Assembly (NCBI GenBank): GCA_965648935.1
Contig: CBFGIY010000056.1
Span: 1-16,564, forward strand
Direction of reading: 5' to 3'
DNA length: 16,564 nucleotides
Origin: a candidate division WOR-3 bacterium
Lineage (GTDB): Bacteria; Hydrothermota; Tepidihabitantia; Tepidihabitantales; Tepidihabitantaceae
Positions 1-8,365 of this stretch are shown piece after piece. The notes under the pieces were generated by a model. That model was not told the origin of the DNA. It saw nothing but the letters and a program-made list of their open reading frames with translations, and ran no database searches. Within the stretch, counting starts at the first letter, position 1. Each line of letters opens with the position of its first letter. A program made the position numbers and the translations under genes.

Positions 1-8
1 GAGCATCG

Positions 9-854
9 CTAGCGCTGGGACCCGGCCCAGCGGAGCTTGTCGCGCAGGATCTGGAAGTAGGTCTTGTGGCGCGGCGTGACGAGCCGGACGCGGTAGGGAG
101 CGCGCCGGACCCGCAGAGGGTGACCGGGCACGAGCCGCCAGCGTTCCTGACCGTCGAGGTTGATGACCGCGGACCCGGTGCGCGCCGAGAGCGTGAACTG
201 AAGCGTCGAGTCGCCGGGCAGTATCATCGGGCGGGCCGACAGCGCGTGGGGGCAGAGCGGCGTCACCAGTATCGCGTCCATTGTCGGGTACACGACCGGG
301 CCGCCGGCCGCGAGCGAGTAGGCGGTCGAGCCGGTGGGGGTGGCCACGACCACGCCGTCGCCGACAAAGCGCGTGAGAAACTCGCCGCGGGCCTCCGCGG
401 TCAGGTCGATGACCCGGTTCTCCTCGCTCATGTTGATAGAGCAGTCGTTGAGCACGCCGGCGCTGCGGCCGCGATAGCGCGCCTCGAGCACGGTGCGCTC
501 CTCAATGGTGTGTTTCGATTCGCGGAACGCGAGCAGGCCGTCGCGCGCTTCGTCGACCGAAAACTCGGTGAGGAATCCCAGCCCGCCGAGGTTGATGCCC
601 ATCACCGGGAGGCCGCGCGAGCCGATGAGCCGCGCCGCGCGCAGAAGCGTGCCGTCGCCGCCGAGCGCGACAAGGAGGTCGGCGCGGCGGACCAGGGTCG
701 ACTCGGCCACACCGGGCTTCCCGAGTCTGAGCGAGCGGGCGGTCGCGGCCGAGACCAGCGGCCTGAAGCTATTGCGGCCGAGCCAGTCGACCATCTCGGT
801 GACGAAGCGGCGCGCGTCAGGCTTGCCGAGGTTCACTACCAGGCCGATGTTCAC
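9..854 (-). CDS. nadK: NAD(+) kinase
   Basis: 281 aa with the GGDGT motif, GINLGGLGFL, LND and GDGVVVATPTGSTAYSLAAGGP, all typical of NAD kinases. The GTG start overlaps the prmC stop (GTGA) and has GGAG upstream. Confidence 0.95.
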   Translation of the reverse strand: MNIGLVVNLGKPDARRFVTEMVDWLGRNSFRPLVSAATARSLRLGKPGVAESTLVRRADLLVALGGDGTLLRAARLIGSRGLPVMGINLGGLGFLTEFSVDEARDGLLAFRESKHTIEERTVLEARYRGRSAGVLNDCSINMSEENRVIDLTAEARGEFLTRFVGDGVVVATPTGSTAYSLAAGGPVVYPTMDAILVTPLCPHALSARPMILPGDSTLQFTLSARTGSAVINLDGQERWRLVPGHPLRVRRAPYRVRLVTPRHKTYFQILRDKLRWAGSQR

Positions 855-1663
855 TGTGTCTTCTCCAGGAAGGCGTAGCGGTTGCGGCCGGCGAGGTCGC
901 GTTCGATGCGGGCCGCGGGTACGAGCCGACAGACCGCGCGGGCGTGGGTCGAGTCTATCTCGACCGCAACCAGCCCGCCGGGGCGGAGCAGCGCCGGGCC
1001 CTGTTCTAGCAGCATCGCGACAATAGTAATGCCTTTCGGCCCGCCATCAAGTGCCGACCGGGGCTCGCGGCGCACCCGGTCGGGCAGGCGCGACAGGCGA
1101 GCGGTCGGGATGTAGGGCGGGTTGGCGACGAGCAGGTCAACTTCACCCGCGCGGCGGCGCAGGGCCGGGTCGCCAATACTGCCGCAGAGGCCGAGCCTTA
1201 TCCGGCGGCCCAGGCGGTAGCGGCGGACATTGCGCCGGGCAACGAGAAGCGCAGCGCGCGAGCTGTCAACCGCGATGACGCGGCAACCGGGCACGGCTCG
1301 GGCGACGGCGATGGCGATGCAGCCCGAGCCGGTGCCGTAATCGACGACGAGGCGCGGAGCAGGGCAGAGCTCGAGCGCGCGTTCCACCAGGCCCTCGGTT
1401 TCGGGCCGGGGAATCAAGGCGCGCCGGTCGACATAGAGGTCAAGGTCGAGGAACGGGGCGGAGCGCACGGCGTACTGCGGGGGCTGGCCGCGCCGCACCG
1501 CGGCCACCGCCCGGCGGAACCGGCGCGCGAGCGCGGCCGGCACGGTCCGGTCTGACCACGTCTCGTGACGCGGCGCGCGCGAAAGCGACATCAGCAGGAA
1601 CTCGGCGTCGGCGCGGCTGATGCGGGGGAGAGCTGACCGGAGCAGGTCGCGGGCAGTCGTCAC
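851..1663 (-). CDS. prmC: Release factor glutamine N5-methyltransferase (HemK/PrmC)
   Basis: Contains LIPRPETE, the SAM-binding DYGTGSGCIA and the catalytic NPPY motif. It lies directly downstream of prfA with a GTGA overlap. Confidence 0.95.
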   Translation of the reverse strand: MTTARDLLRSALPRISRADAEFLLMSLSRAPRHETWSDRTVPAALARRFRRAVAAVRRGQPPQYAVRSAPFLDLDLYVDRRALIPRPETEGLVERALELCPAPRLVVDYGTGSGCIAIAVARAVPGCRVIAVDSSRAALLVARRNVRRYRLGRRIRLGLCGSIGDPALRRRAGEVDLLVANPPYIPTARLSRLPDRVRREPRSALDGGPKGITIVAMLLEQGPALLRPGGLVAVEIDSTHARAVCRLVPAARIERDLAGRNRYAFLEKTQ

Positions 1664-2730
1664 TCGAGCTCGGCTTCGGCCTGCTCGAGCGCGGCGAGCA
1701 GCGGGTCAAGCTCGCCCTCGAGCACCCGGTCGAGGTTGTGCAGCGAGAAGCCGATGCGGTGGTCGGTGACGCGGTTCTGGGGGAAGTTGTAGGTGCGGAT
1801 CTTCTCGCTGCGCTCGCCCGTGCCGATCTGCTTGCGCCGGGCGGCGCTGGCCTGAGACTGGTCCTGGGCCCGCCTCGCTTCGAGCAGCCGGGCGGCAAGG
1901 ACCTTGAGCGCCTTGGCCTTGTTGCGCTGCTGGGACCGCTCGTCCTGGCACTGGGCGACAAGCCCGGTCGGGATGTGGGTGATGCGCACGGCCGACTCGG
2001 TCTTGTTCACGCCCTGGCCGCCATGGCCGCCGGCGCGGAACACGTCCACGCGCAGTTCCTCTGGACTGATCCTGATTTCCACCTCCTCCGCTTCGGGCAG
2101 GACCGCGACCGTCACGGTCGAAGTGTGGATGCGGCCAGAAGCCTCGGTCTCGGGTATGCGCTGGACCCGGTGCACGCCCGATTCGAACCGGAACCGGCGG
2201 TAGGGTTCGTCGCCCTCGACCTCGAAGGTGACTTCGCGATAGCCTTTCAGGTCGCTCGGGCGCGAGTCAAGTACACCGACCTTGAGCCCGTGCTCCTCGG
2301 CGAAGCGCGAGTACATTCGAAACAGGTCGCCGGCGAACAGCGCGGCTTCCTCGCCGCCGGCCGCGGCGCGAATCTCCACGATGCAGGGCTTGTCCCAGTC
2401 GGGCGAGCGCGGCCGCAGGTCGGATTCAAGCTCGGCCGCGAGCCTGTTCATCTCGGGCTCGAGCCGCGCCAGCTCGGCTTCGGCCAGCTCGCGCATCTCA
2501 GGGTCGTCGCCGCTCCTCAGCGCCTGCGCATCGGCCAGCTCCGCCGCAAGGCGTTCGTAGCGGGCGAAGCGGTCGAGGATGGCGGCGAGGGTGCGATGCT
2601 CGCGGGTCAGGGCCTGGAGCCTGGGAACGTCAGAGGAGATGCCCGGCTCGGTCATCAGCCGTTCTATCTCGGCAGAACGTTCCTTCATCGGGGCGAAACG
2701 CGCACGGTACTCGGCTAGTTCGCGTGGCAT
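1660..2730 (-). CDS. prfA: Peptide chain release factor 1
   Basis: Contains EIRAAAGGEEAALFA, ESGVHRVQRIPETE (PxT anticodon-mimic motif of RF1, not the SPF of RF2), GGQ and RSEKIRTYNFPQNRVTDHR. Confidence 0.97.
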   Translation of the reverse strand: MPRELAEYRARFAPMKERSAEIERLMTEPGISSDVPRLQALTREHRTLAAILDRFARYERLAAELADAQALRSGDDPEMRELAEAELARLEPEMNRLAAELESDLRPRSPDWDKPCIVEIRAAAGGEEAALFAGDLFRMYSRFAEEHGLKVGVLDSRPSDLKGYREVTFEVEGDEPYRRFRFESGVHRVQRIPETEASGRIHTSTVTVAVLPEAEEVEIRISPEELRVDVFRAGGHGGQGVNKTESAVRITHIPTGLVAQCQDERSQQRNKAKALKVLAARLLEARRAQDQSQASAARRKQIGTGERSEKIRTYNFPQNRVTDHRIGFSLHNLDRVLEGELDPLLAALEQAEAELE

Positions 2731-2799
2731 TGTTGTCGGGTTGCTAGCGGACGCCGGACAGACCGGTGAAGCAGAGAGTCAACTTCTCACGCACGCGCC

Positions 2800-2827
2800 A
2801 TTATCGACGGCGACCTGAGGATGTCAA
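2800..2827 (-). promoter_or_regulatory. Putative sigma70-type promoter of prfA-prmC-nadK
   Basis: The minus strand reads TTGACA (2827-2822), N16, GATAAT (2805-2800), about 70 nt upstream of the prfA ATG. Confidence 0.65.
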
Positions 2828-3132
2828 GGCAGGAGGGCGAGCGCGTGTCAGACCGCGGGGGAGACGAGAGGGGTGGTTTCGCGCCCATCGCCGCAACCGC
2901 CAACGGCGCAATGCCTTAGCCCGGTTTTGCTGGCCTCGGCCGATTTAGCCTGGTGTGATAACACAGGCATCGGTGTATCACGATCAGTGGGCATAGCGGC
3001 TCTTGCCGGTGAGCGCGGAATCGGGTGTGGTCCTGCGGCAGGTTCCGGGGCAGAAGCCGCAGCGTTCCGGTCAGTCGGCTGGGCGCATCGGTGTCGGAGT
3101 ACGGCTCAGCACAGGACAGGCAGCTGAATGCC

Positions 3133-3161
3133 GCGAGCGCCCCGGGTCGCGGGGCGCTCGC
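3133..3161 (-). terminator. GC-rich stem-loop after the acyl-CoA dehydrogenase operon (terminator or mRNA 3' stabiliser)
   Basis: Perfect 12-bp inverted repeat GCGAGCGCCCCG / CGGGGCGCTCGC with a 5-nt loop, 20 nt past the stop at 3182. There is no U-tract, so intrinsic termination is uncertain. Confidence 0.55.
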
Positions 3162-3181
3162 CTTACAGCAGTCGGTTTCGA

Positions 3182-4324
3182 TCAGCCGAGGAGGTTGCGG
3201 GCGATGACGATGCGCTGGACTTCCGAGGTGCCTTCGTAGATTTCCATGCACTTGGCGTCGCGGTAGTAGCGCTCGACCGGGTAATCCTTGGTGTAGCCGT
3301 AGCCGCCGTAGATCTGCACCGCCTCGCGGGTGACCTCAACCGCGGTCTCGGCCGCGAACAGCTTGCACATCGCGGATTCCTGGCTGAAGCGCGGCTTGCC
3401 CTGGTCTTTCTGGTGCGCGGCGTAGTAGACGAGCATCCGCGCGGCGAGGATGCGGGTGGCCATGTTGGCGAACTTGGCCTGGATCATCTGGAATTCGCAG
3501 ATGGGCTTGCCGAACTGCTTGCGCTCCTTGGAGTAGGCGATGGCCTTGTCGAGCGCCGACTGGGCGATGCCGACCGCCTGGGCCCCGATGTCGATGCGCG
3601 AGACGTCCAGCGTGCCGAGCGCGACCTTGAAGCCCTGGCCGACCTGGCCGAGCACGTTGGCCTTGGGCACCTTGCAGTCGTCAAACATCAGCTCGCAGTT
3701 GGCCGTTGCGCGCAGGCCGAGGAGGTCCTCGTGCTTGCCGAGGGTGAACCCGGGCAGGTCGCGGTCGACGATGAACGCGGTGATGCCTTTCGAACCGGCG
3801 GCCGGGTCGGTCTTGGCGAAGACGATGAAGACCTTCGCGACGCCGCCGTTGGTGATGAAGCGCTTGCAGCCGTTGAGCACGTAATGGTCGCCCGCGTCGG
3901 TCGCGGTGGTCTCCATCGCGGCCGGGTCGGTGCCGGCGTTGGGCTCGGTGAGGCCGAACGCGCCGAGCAGTTCGCCGGTCGCCATCCGGGGCAGGTACTT
4001 CTGCTTCTGCTCCTCGGTGCCCCAGTTGACGATGGGCCAGCAGGCGAGCGAGTTGTGCACCGCGGTGATGACGCCGGTCGAGCCGCAGCCGCGGCTGATT
4101 TCCTCGACCGCGATGGCCAGCGACAGGAAATCGAAGCCGGCGCCGCCGTAGGCCTCGGGGATGGTCATGCTCAGCAGGCCGAGCTCGGCCATCTTCTTGA
4201 TCGCGTCGTGGGGGAATTCACCCGAGGCATCGCGCGCTGCTGCGCCGGGCTCGAGCTCCTTGAGCGCGAACTCGCGGGCCATGTTGCGAACCATTACCTG
4301 ATCATTGGTGTAGCTGAGGTCCAT
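3182..4324 (-). CDS. Acyl-CoA dehydrogenase, short-chain/butyryl-CoA dehydrogenase-like, with complete motif set
   Basis: Contains FGLTEPNAGTD, LNGCKRFITNG, ERKQFGKPI, QIYGGYGY and the catalytic-Glu region IYEGTSEVQR. SD AGGAGG lies upstream of the ATG. Confidence 0.93.
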   Translation of the reverse strand: MDLSYTNDQVMVRNMAREFALKELEPGAAARDASGEFPHDAIKKMAELGLLSMTIPEAYGGAGFDFLSLAIAVEEISRGCGSTGVITAVHNSLACWPIVNWGTEEQKQKYLPRMATGELLGAFGLTEPNAGTDPAAMETTATDAGDHYVLNGCKRFITNGGVAKVFIVFAKTDPAAGSKGITAFIVDRDLPGFTLGKHEDLLGLRATANCELMFDDCKVPKANVLGQVGQGFKVALGTLDVSRIDIGAQAVGIAQSALDKAIAYSKERKQFGKPICEFQMIQAKFANMATRILAARMLVYYAAHQKDQGKPRFSQESAMCKLFAAETAVEVTREAVQIYGGYGYTKDYPVERYYRDAKCMEIYEGTSEVQRIVIARNLLG

Positions 4325-4333
4325 TGATTCCTC

Positions 4334-5464
4334 CTAAATGGCGTTGGCCGCGTCCTTGAGTACTTCCTTGGCGATTATCATCCGCATCACCTCCGAGGTG
4401 CCTTCGCCGATTTCACCCAGCTTTGCGTCGCGATAGATGCGGCCGAGGGGGAAGTCGGCGGTGATGCCGAGCGGGCCGATGGTGCCGATGGCGGTGCCGG
4501 CGGCCCAGACTGCGACTTCTGAAGCGAAGAGCTTGGCAAAGGCGCATTCCTTGTCGACCCGCACGCCCGAGTCCTTGAGCGCGGCCGCGTGGTAGACGAG
4601 CTGGCGCGCGGCCTCGACGTTCATCGCGACGTCGGAGAGGTTCTTCATCTCGCCCTGGCTCATTTCACGGTTTTTGAACCACTTTGTCAGCGAGTCGAGC
4701 GCGCCCTGGGCCATTCCGAGGCAGAATGCGCCGATGGAGATGCGGCCGCCGTCAAGGGTTTCCATGAAAATCCGGTAGCCGTCCTTCTCCTTGCCCAGCA
4801 CGTTTGCGTCCGGCACGAACATGTCCTCGAAGGCAAGCTCGACCGTGTTGGAGCCGCGCAGGCCGAGCTTGTTTTCCTCTGACGCGACCTTGAACCCGGG
4901 GCTTGAGGTCTCGACGATGAAGCAGGTTATGCCCTTGCGGCCGAGGCTGCGGTCGAGCGTGGCCGCGACGATGACCGTGCCGGCGTAGGAGGCCGAGGTG
5001 ATGAAGCGCTTGGAGCCGTTGAGTATGTAGCCGCCTTCGACCTTTTTCGCGGTTGTTTCGATGCCGGCGGCGTCAGACCCGGCATTGGGTTCGGTGAGGC
5101 CGAACGCGCCGAGAAAGACGCCGCGGGCCAGGCGCGGGATGTACTTCTCTTTCTGCTCTTTCGTGCCGAACTTCTCGATGGGGTAGGTGCCGAGCGAGGT
5201 GTGGGCCGCGAGCGTCAGGCCGGTCGAACCGCAGACGCGCGAGACCTCCTCCACCGCGATTGCGTAGGAGACGTAGTCAAGCCCGGCGCCGCCCAGGTCC
5301 CGGGACCAGGGGATGCCGAGCCAGCCCCTGGCAGCCAGCGCCTCGACGTTCTTCTTGACAAACTCGCCGGTGGCATCGCAGGCGCAGGCGGTGGGCTCGA
5401 CCACCTTGAGCGCGAACTCGCGCACCTCCCGCTGGAAGCACTTGTGGGTGTCGGACAGTATCAC
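4334..5464 (-). CDS. Acyl-CoA dehydrogenase paralog with degenerate C-terminal FAD-contact motifs
   Basis: Retains FGLTEPNAGSD, LNGSKRFITS and IGEGTSEV, but the QFG loop and the QxxGGxG motif are missing. GTG start with SD AGGAGG. Confidence 0.9.
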   Translation of the reverse strand: MILSDTHKCFQREVREFALKVVEPTACACDATGEFVKKNVEALAARGWLGIPWSRDLGGAGLDYVSYAIAVEEVSRVCGSTGLTLAAHTSLGTYPIEKFGTKEQKEKYIPRLARGVFLGAFGLTEPNAGSDAAGIETTAKKVEGGYILNGSKRFITSASYAGTVIVAATLDRSLGRKGITCFIVETSSPGFKVASEENKLGLRGSNTVELAFEDMFVPDANVLGKEKDGYRIFMETLDGGRISIGAFCLGMAQGALDSLTKWFKNREMSQGEMKNLSDVAMNVEAARQLVYHAAALKDSGVRVDKECAFAKLFASEVAVWAAGTAIGTIGPLGITADFPLGRIYRDAKLGEIGEGTSEVMRMIIAKEVLKDAANAI

Positions 5465-5473
5465 TACTGCCTC

Positions 5474-6238
5474 CTAGATGTAGTAGCGGTCCGGGTCGAT
5501 TTCCTCGCGCAGCAGCCTGAGTTCGCGCTCGGTCGGCTCGGGGTTGGTTTCCACCTTGTCGGCGACGAGCAGCTCGAAGCCGGTGCTGCTCACGACTTGT
5601 TCGGGCGTGATACCCGGATTGACCGCAATCAGGCGCATGCGCTTGCTGGCCGGCTCGAAGTCCATCAGTCCGAGGTTGGTGACGACCCGGTAAGGCCCGG
5701 AGCCGGGGGGCAGGCCCGCGGCCTCGCGCGCGCCCGGCCCGGTGAGGTAGCCGGGCGTGGTGACGAAATCGACCTTGGGTACGAACGAGCGCGCCTCGTG
5801 CTTGCGCATTATCACGATGGTCTTCCAGCAGAACGAGCCGACGTCGTTGGCCCCGCCCGAGCCGGGCAGGCGTACCTTGGGCGGCCAGTACTTGCCGATG
5901 ACCGTCGTGTTCAAGTTGCCGAAGGCGTCAATCTGGGCGCCGCCCAGAAACCCGTACTCGACAAACCCGCGCGCCGCGGTTTCCATGATGTCGCAGATGC
6001 CCGATGCGGCGACCGCCTTGTGAAAGGTGCGCGAGTCGGCCACGCCCAGGGGCAGTTTCTCCAGCGACGCTCCCGTGCCGCCGAACTCGAATATGGACAC
6101 GAGGTTCGGAGCGTGGGTGCGCTTGGCCAGTGCCGCGGCGAGCATCGGTATGCCGGTGCCGACAAAGGCGGTCGTGCCGTCGGCCATCTGCTTGGCGGCA
6201 AGGTTGATGAGGAATTCGGTCTCGTTGTAGCTAGCCAT
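5474..6238 (-). CDS. CoA-transferase subunit B (glutaconate CoA-transferase GctB-like)
   Basis: Contains FVGTGIP, a Glu in SIFEFGG at the position expected for the catalytic residue, GFLGGAQIDAFGNLN, RLPGSGGAND and VDFVTTPG. The substrate is not determinable from sequence. Confidence 0.88.
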   Translation of the reverse strand: MASYNETEFLINLAAKQMADGTTAFVGTGIPMLAAALAKRTHAPNLVSIFEFGGTGASLEKLPLGVADSRTFHKAVAASGICDIMETAARGFVEYGFLGGAQIDAFGNLNTTVIGKYWPPKVRLPGSGGANDVGSFCWKTIVIMRKHEARSFVPKVDFVTTPGYLTGPGAREAAGLPPGSGPYRVVTNLGLMDFEPASKRMRLIAVNPGITPEQVVSSTGFELLVADKVETNPEPTERELRLLREEIDPDRYYI

Positions 6239-7210
6239 CTACCGGCCTCCGATTTCCGATTCGAGCCGGGCCAGACGGTCCCGGCCGACGAGGTTGAGGT
6301 ATTCGGCGTGGTTCTTCGGACCGTACACCCACTTGTCGAGGTAGGCTCTCGTCTTCTCGGGGTCGGCCGAATCCTTGAGGAACGACTGCAGGTGCTCGCC
6401 GTCGCGCCAGTAGCGGTAGCACATCTCGCCGGGGTGGGAGCCGTACTTCGCCTCGACCACGGCGTCGACCAGGTAGTAGGGGATGACGGTCTTTTCCGGC
6501 TCGCGCCGGATCTCGTCGGTTGAGACGATCTCCTCGGCCGAGACGATGAGCTTCTTGCAGGCGCGCGACATCTCGAACACGAAGCCGGACACGCCCTCGA
6601 CCTGGCAGTTGCCGTACTTGTCGGCCTTGTGGACGTGGATGAGTCCGACATCGAGGAACAGCGCAGGAACGAGGCAGACCGGCTTGCCGGTGAACGGGTC
6701 GGTGACCGTGACCCCGGCCGAGTACTTGAAGGTGTCGGTGCCGAGCATCGAGCGGACCGGCAGGAAGGGCACGCCCATCGCCGCGGCCTTGAAGCGCCAG
6801 GTGATGCCGCCGTTGGACCAGTCGGTCGTCTTGACCCGGCCCGATTCGACGGCGCGGCGCAGGCAGGACGAGATGCCGTAGACTTCCCACGCGACGTAGG
6901 TCACGTCGAGCGCGTCGACGAGGTCGGCGGCGAGCAGTAGGTCGATTTCGTGCACGCCCTGTCCCGCGACGCGCAGGTGTTTCTTGCCCTGTCGGATGAC
7001 CTCACGCACGAGCGACATCGGCGCGCGCACCGTGCCGTAGAGCTCGGTGCCGAGGTAGTCGCTGTCGGAAACGAACCGGCTGACCGCCTCGGCTTCGGTC
7101 ATCAGTTTGTCGACCATCCGGGTGTCTTTCTTCGTGTGCACCCACTCGCGGAAAGCGTCCGGGTCGGGCGGCTGAAACAGCTCGCCCAAGCCCTTATCAA
7201 TTATGTCCAT
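6239..7210 (-). CDS. CoA-transferase subunit A (GctA-like)
   Basis: Contains AAAMGVPFLPVRSMLGTD, DPFTG, VPAL-DVGLIHVHKADKYGN and VDAVVEAKYGSHP. I chose the ATG at 7210 over the GTG at 7216 because SD AGGAGG is 8 nt upstream of it. Confidence 0.88.
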   Translation of the reverse strand: MDIIDKGLGELFQPPDPDAFREWVHTKKDTRMVDKLMTEAEAVSRFVSDSDYLGTELYGTVRAPMSLVREVIRQGKKHLRVAGQGVHEIDLLLAADLVDALDVTYVAWEVYGISSCLRRAVESGRVKTTDWSNGGITWRFKAAAMGVPFLPVRSMLGTDTFKYSAGVTVTDPFTGKPVCLVPALFLDVGLIHVHKADKYGNCQVEGVSGFVFEMSRACKKLIVSAEEIVSTDEIRREPEKTVIPYYLVDAVVEAKYGSHPGEMCYRYWRDGEHLQSFLKDSADPEKTRAYLDKWVYGPKNHAEYLNLVGRDRLARLESEIGGR

Positions 7211-7239
7211 CAGCACTGCCTCCTGAAGCGAAACCGGCG

Positions 7240-7266
7240 ATTATCACGATTGCCAGCAAAGGTCAA
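7240..7266 (-). promoter_or_regulatory. Possible proximal promoter of the CoA-transferase/ACAD operon
   Basis: The minus strand reads TTGACC, N15, GATAAT. The spacer is shorter than optimal. Confidence 0.35.
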
Positions 7267-7268
7267 GC

Positions 7269-7297
7269 ATACTAGTCGGCGGCAGTCGGAGTGTCAA
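7269..7297 (-). promoter_or_regulatory. Putative sigma70-type promoter of the CoA-transferase/ACAD operon
   Basis: The minus strand reads TTGACA (7297-7292), N17, TAGTAT (7274-7269). Confidence 0.6.
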
Positions 7298-7332
7298 TCG
7301 CTGACGCGCGCCGCCCGCGCGCGGCCTGCGGC

Positions 7333-7360
7333 TTGACTTCGGGGCAGGCGCGGCTATCTT
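7333..7360 (+). promoter_or_regulatory. Putative sigma70-type promoter of the hydrogenase genes
   Basis: TTGACT (7333-7338), N16, TATCTT (7355-7360), ending 27 nt before the TTG start. Confidence 0.6.
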
Positions 7361-7387
7361 TTGCACTCTTGACCCCGGGAGCAACCA

Positions 7388-8365
7388 TTGCCAGATAAAC
7401 TCAAGATAGGATTCTACTGGGCGGCCTCGTGCGGGGGCTGCGAGATAGCCGTGCTCGACACAAACGAGAAGATACTGGACGTCGTGGCCAAGGCCGATAT
7501 CGTGCTCTGGCCGGTCGCGGTCGACACCAAGTACGCCGACGTGCGCGCGATGCCCGACCGGTTCATGGACGCCTGTTTCTTCAACGGCTCGGTGCGCAAC
7601 TCGGAGCAGCAGGAGATGGCCGAACTGCTGCGCGCGAAGTCCAAGCTGCTTTTCGCGTTCGGGTCATGCGCGCACCACGGCTGCATCCCGGGCCTGGCCA
7701 ACCTGCACAACCGGGCCGAGGTTTTCCGGACCGCCTATCACGACGAGCCGTCGGTCAGCAACCCGCAGGACGTCGAGCCCAGGACGAGGATGACGGTGCC
7801 CGAGGGCGAGATGACCCTGCCGGAGTTCTACGACAAGGTCTACCCGCTGGACCGGGTCGTGCCGGTCGACTATTACCTGCCCGGGTGCCCGCCGCCCGTG
7901 CCGCTCATTGTCGAGGCCTGGGACAGCGTCTTCTCGGGCCAGCTTCCGCCAAAGGGCAGCGTGCTCGCGCCGACCAAGGCACTGTGCGAGGAGTGCTCGC
8001 GTAACAAGCACGTCGCCAAGAAGATGCCCGACGTCAAGCGGACCTGGGAAACCGCGGCCGACCCGAGCACCTGTTTTCTCGAACAGGGCATCGTCTGCAT
8101 GGGGCCGGCCACGCGCGGCGGCTGCGGCCAGCGCTGCATCAACGGCAACTGGCCCTGCACCGGCTGCATGGGGCCGATGCCCGAGGTCGAGGACCAGGGT
8201 GCGAAGATGGTCTCGGCGCTGGGCGCGATTCTCAAGCTGGATGAGGAGAAGGAACTGGGCGAGAAGGGCGCGGCCGAGCTGCTCGCCAAGGTCAAGGACC
8301 CGGTCGGGACCTTCTACATGTACGGGCTGGCGAGCGCGAGACTGAACCGGGCGAGGGGCAAGTAG
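7388..8365 (+). CDS. mvhG: Group 3 [NiFe]-hydrogenase small subunit (MvhG-like)
   Basis: Proximal cluster ligands CGGC, GSCA and PGCPP, plus C-terminal CEEC, CFLEQGIVCMGPATRGGCGQRC and CTGC. No Tat signal is present, so it is cytoplasmic. TTG start with GGGAG upstream. Confidence 0.85.
   Translation: MPDKLKIGFYWAASCGGCEIAVLDTNEKILDVVAKADIVLWPVAVDTKYADVRAMPDRFMDACFFNGSVRNSEQQEMAELLRAKSKLLFAFGSCAHHGCIPGLANLHNRAEVFRTAYHDEPSVSNPQDVEPRTRMTVPEGEMTLPEFYDKVYPLDRVVPVDYYLPGCPPPVPLIVEAWDSVFSGQLPPKGSVLAPTKALCEECSRNKHVAKKMPDVKRTWETAADPSTCFLEQGIVCMGPATRGGCGQRCINGNWPCTGCMGPMPEVEDQGAKMVSALGAILKLDEEKELGEKGAAELLAKVKDPVGTFYMYGLASARLNRARGK

Noticed and set aside
1..6. Possible start (ATG CTC) of a next minus-strand gene 2 nt after the nadK stop; recN often follows nadK
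   Set aside because: Only two codons are visible, so neither the gene nor its identity can be supported.
2731..3181. rpmE (L31), tRNA, tmRNA, RNase P RNA, SRP RNA or a riboswitch upstream of prfA
   Set aside because: I found no L31-like translation and no diagnostic RNA motif by eye. The short ORFs here lack an SD and look non-coding.
66..6523. Long plus-strand ORFs (66..878, 1738..2718, 3128..4327, 5201..6523)
   Set aside because: They are antisense shadows of well-supported minus-strand genes, expected in GC-rich DNA with biased codon usage, and show no recognisable motifs.
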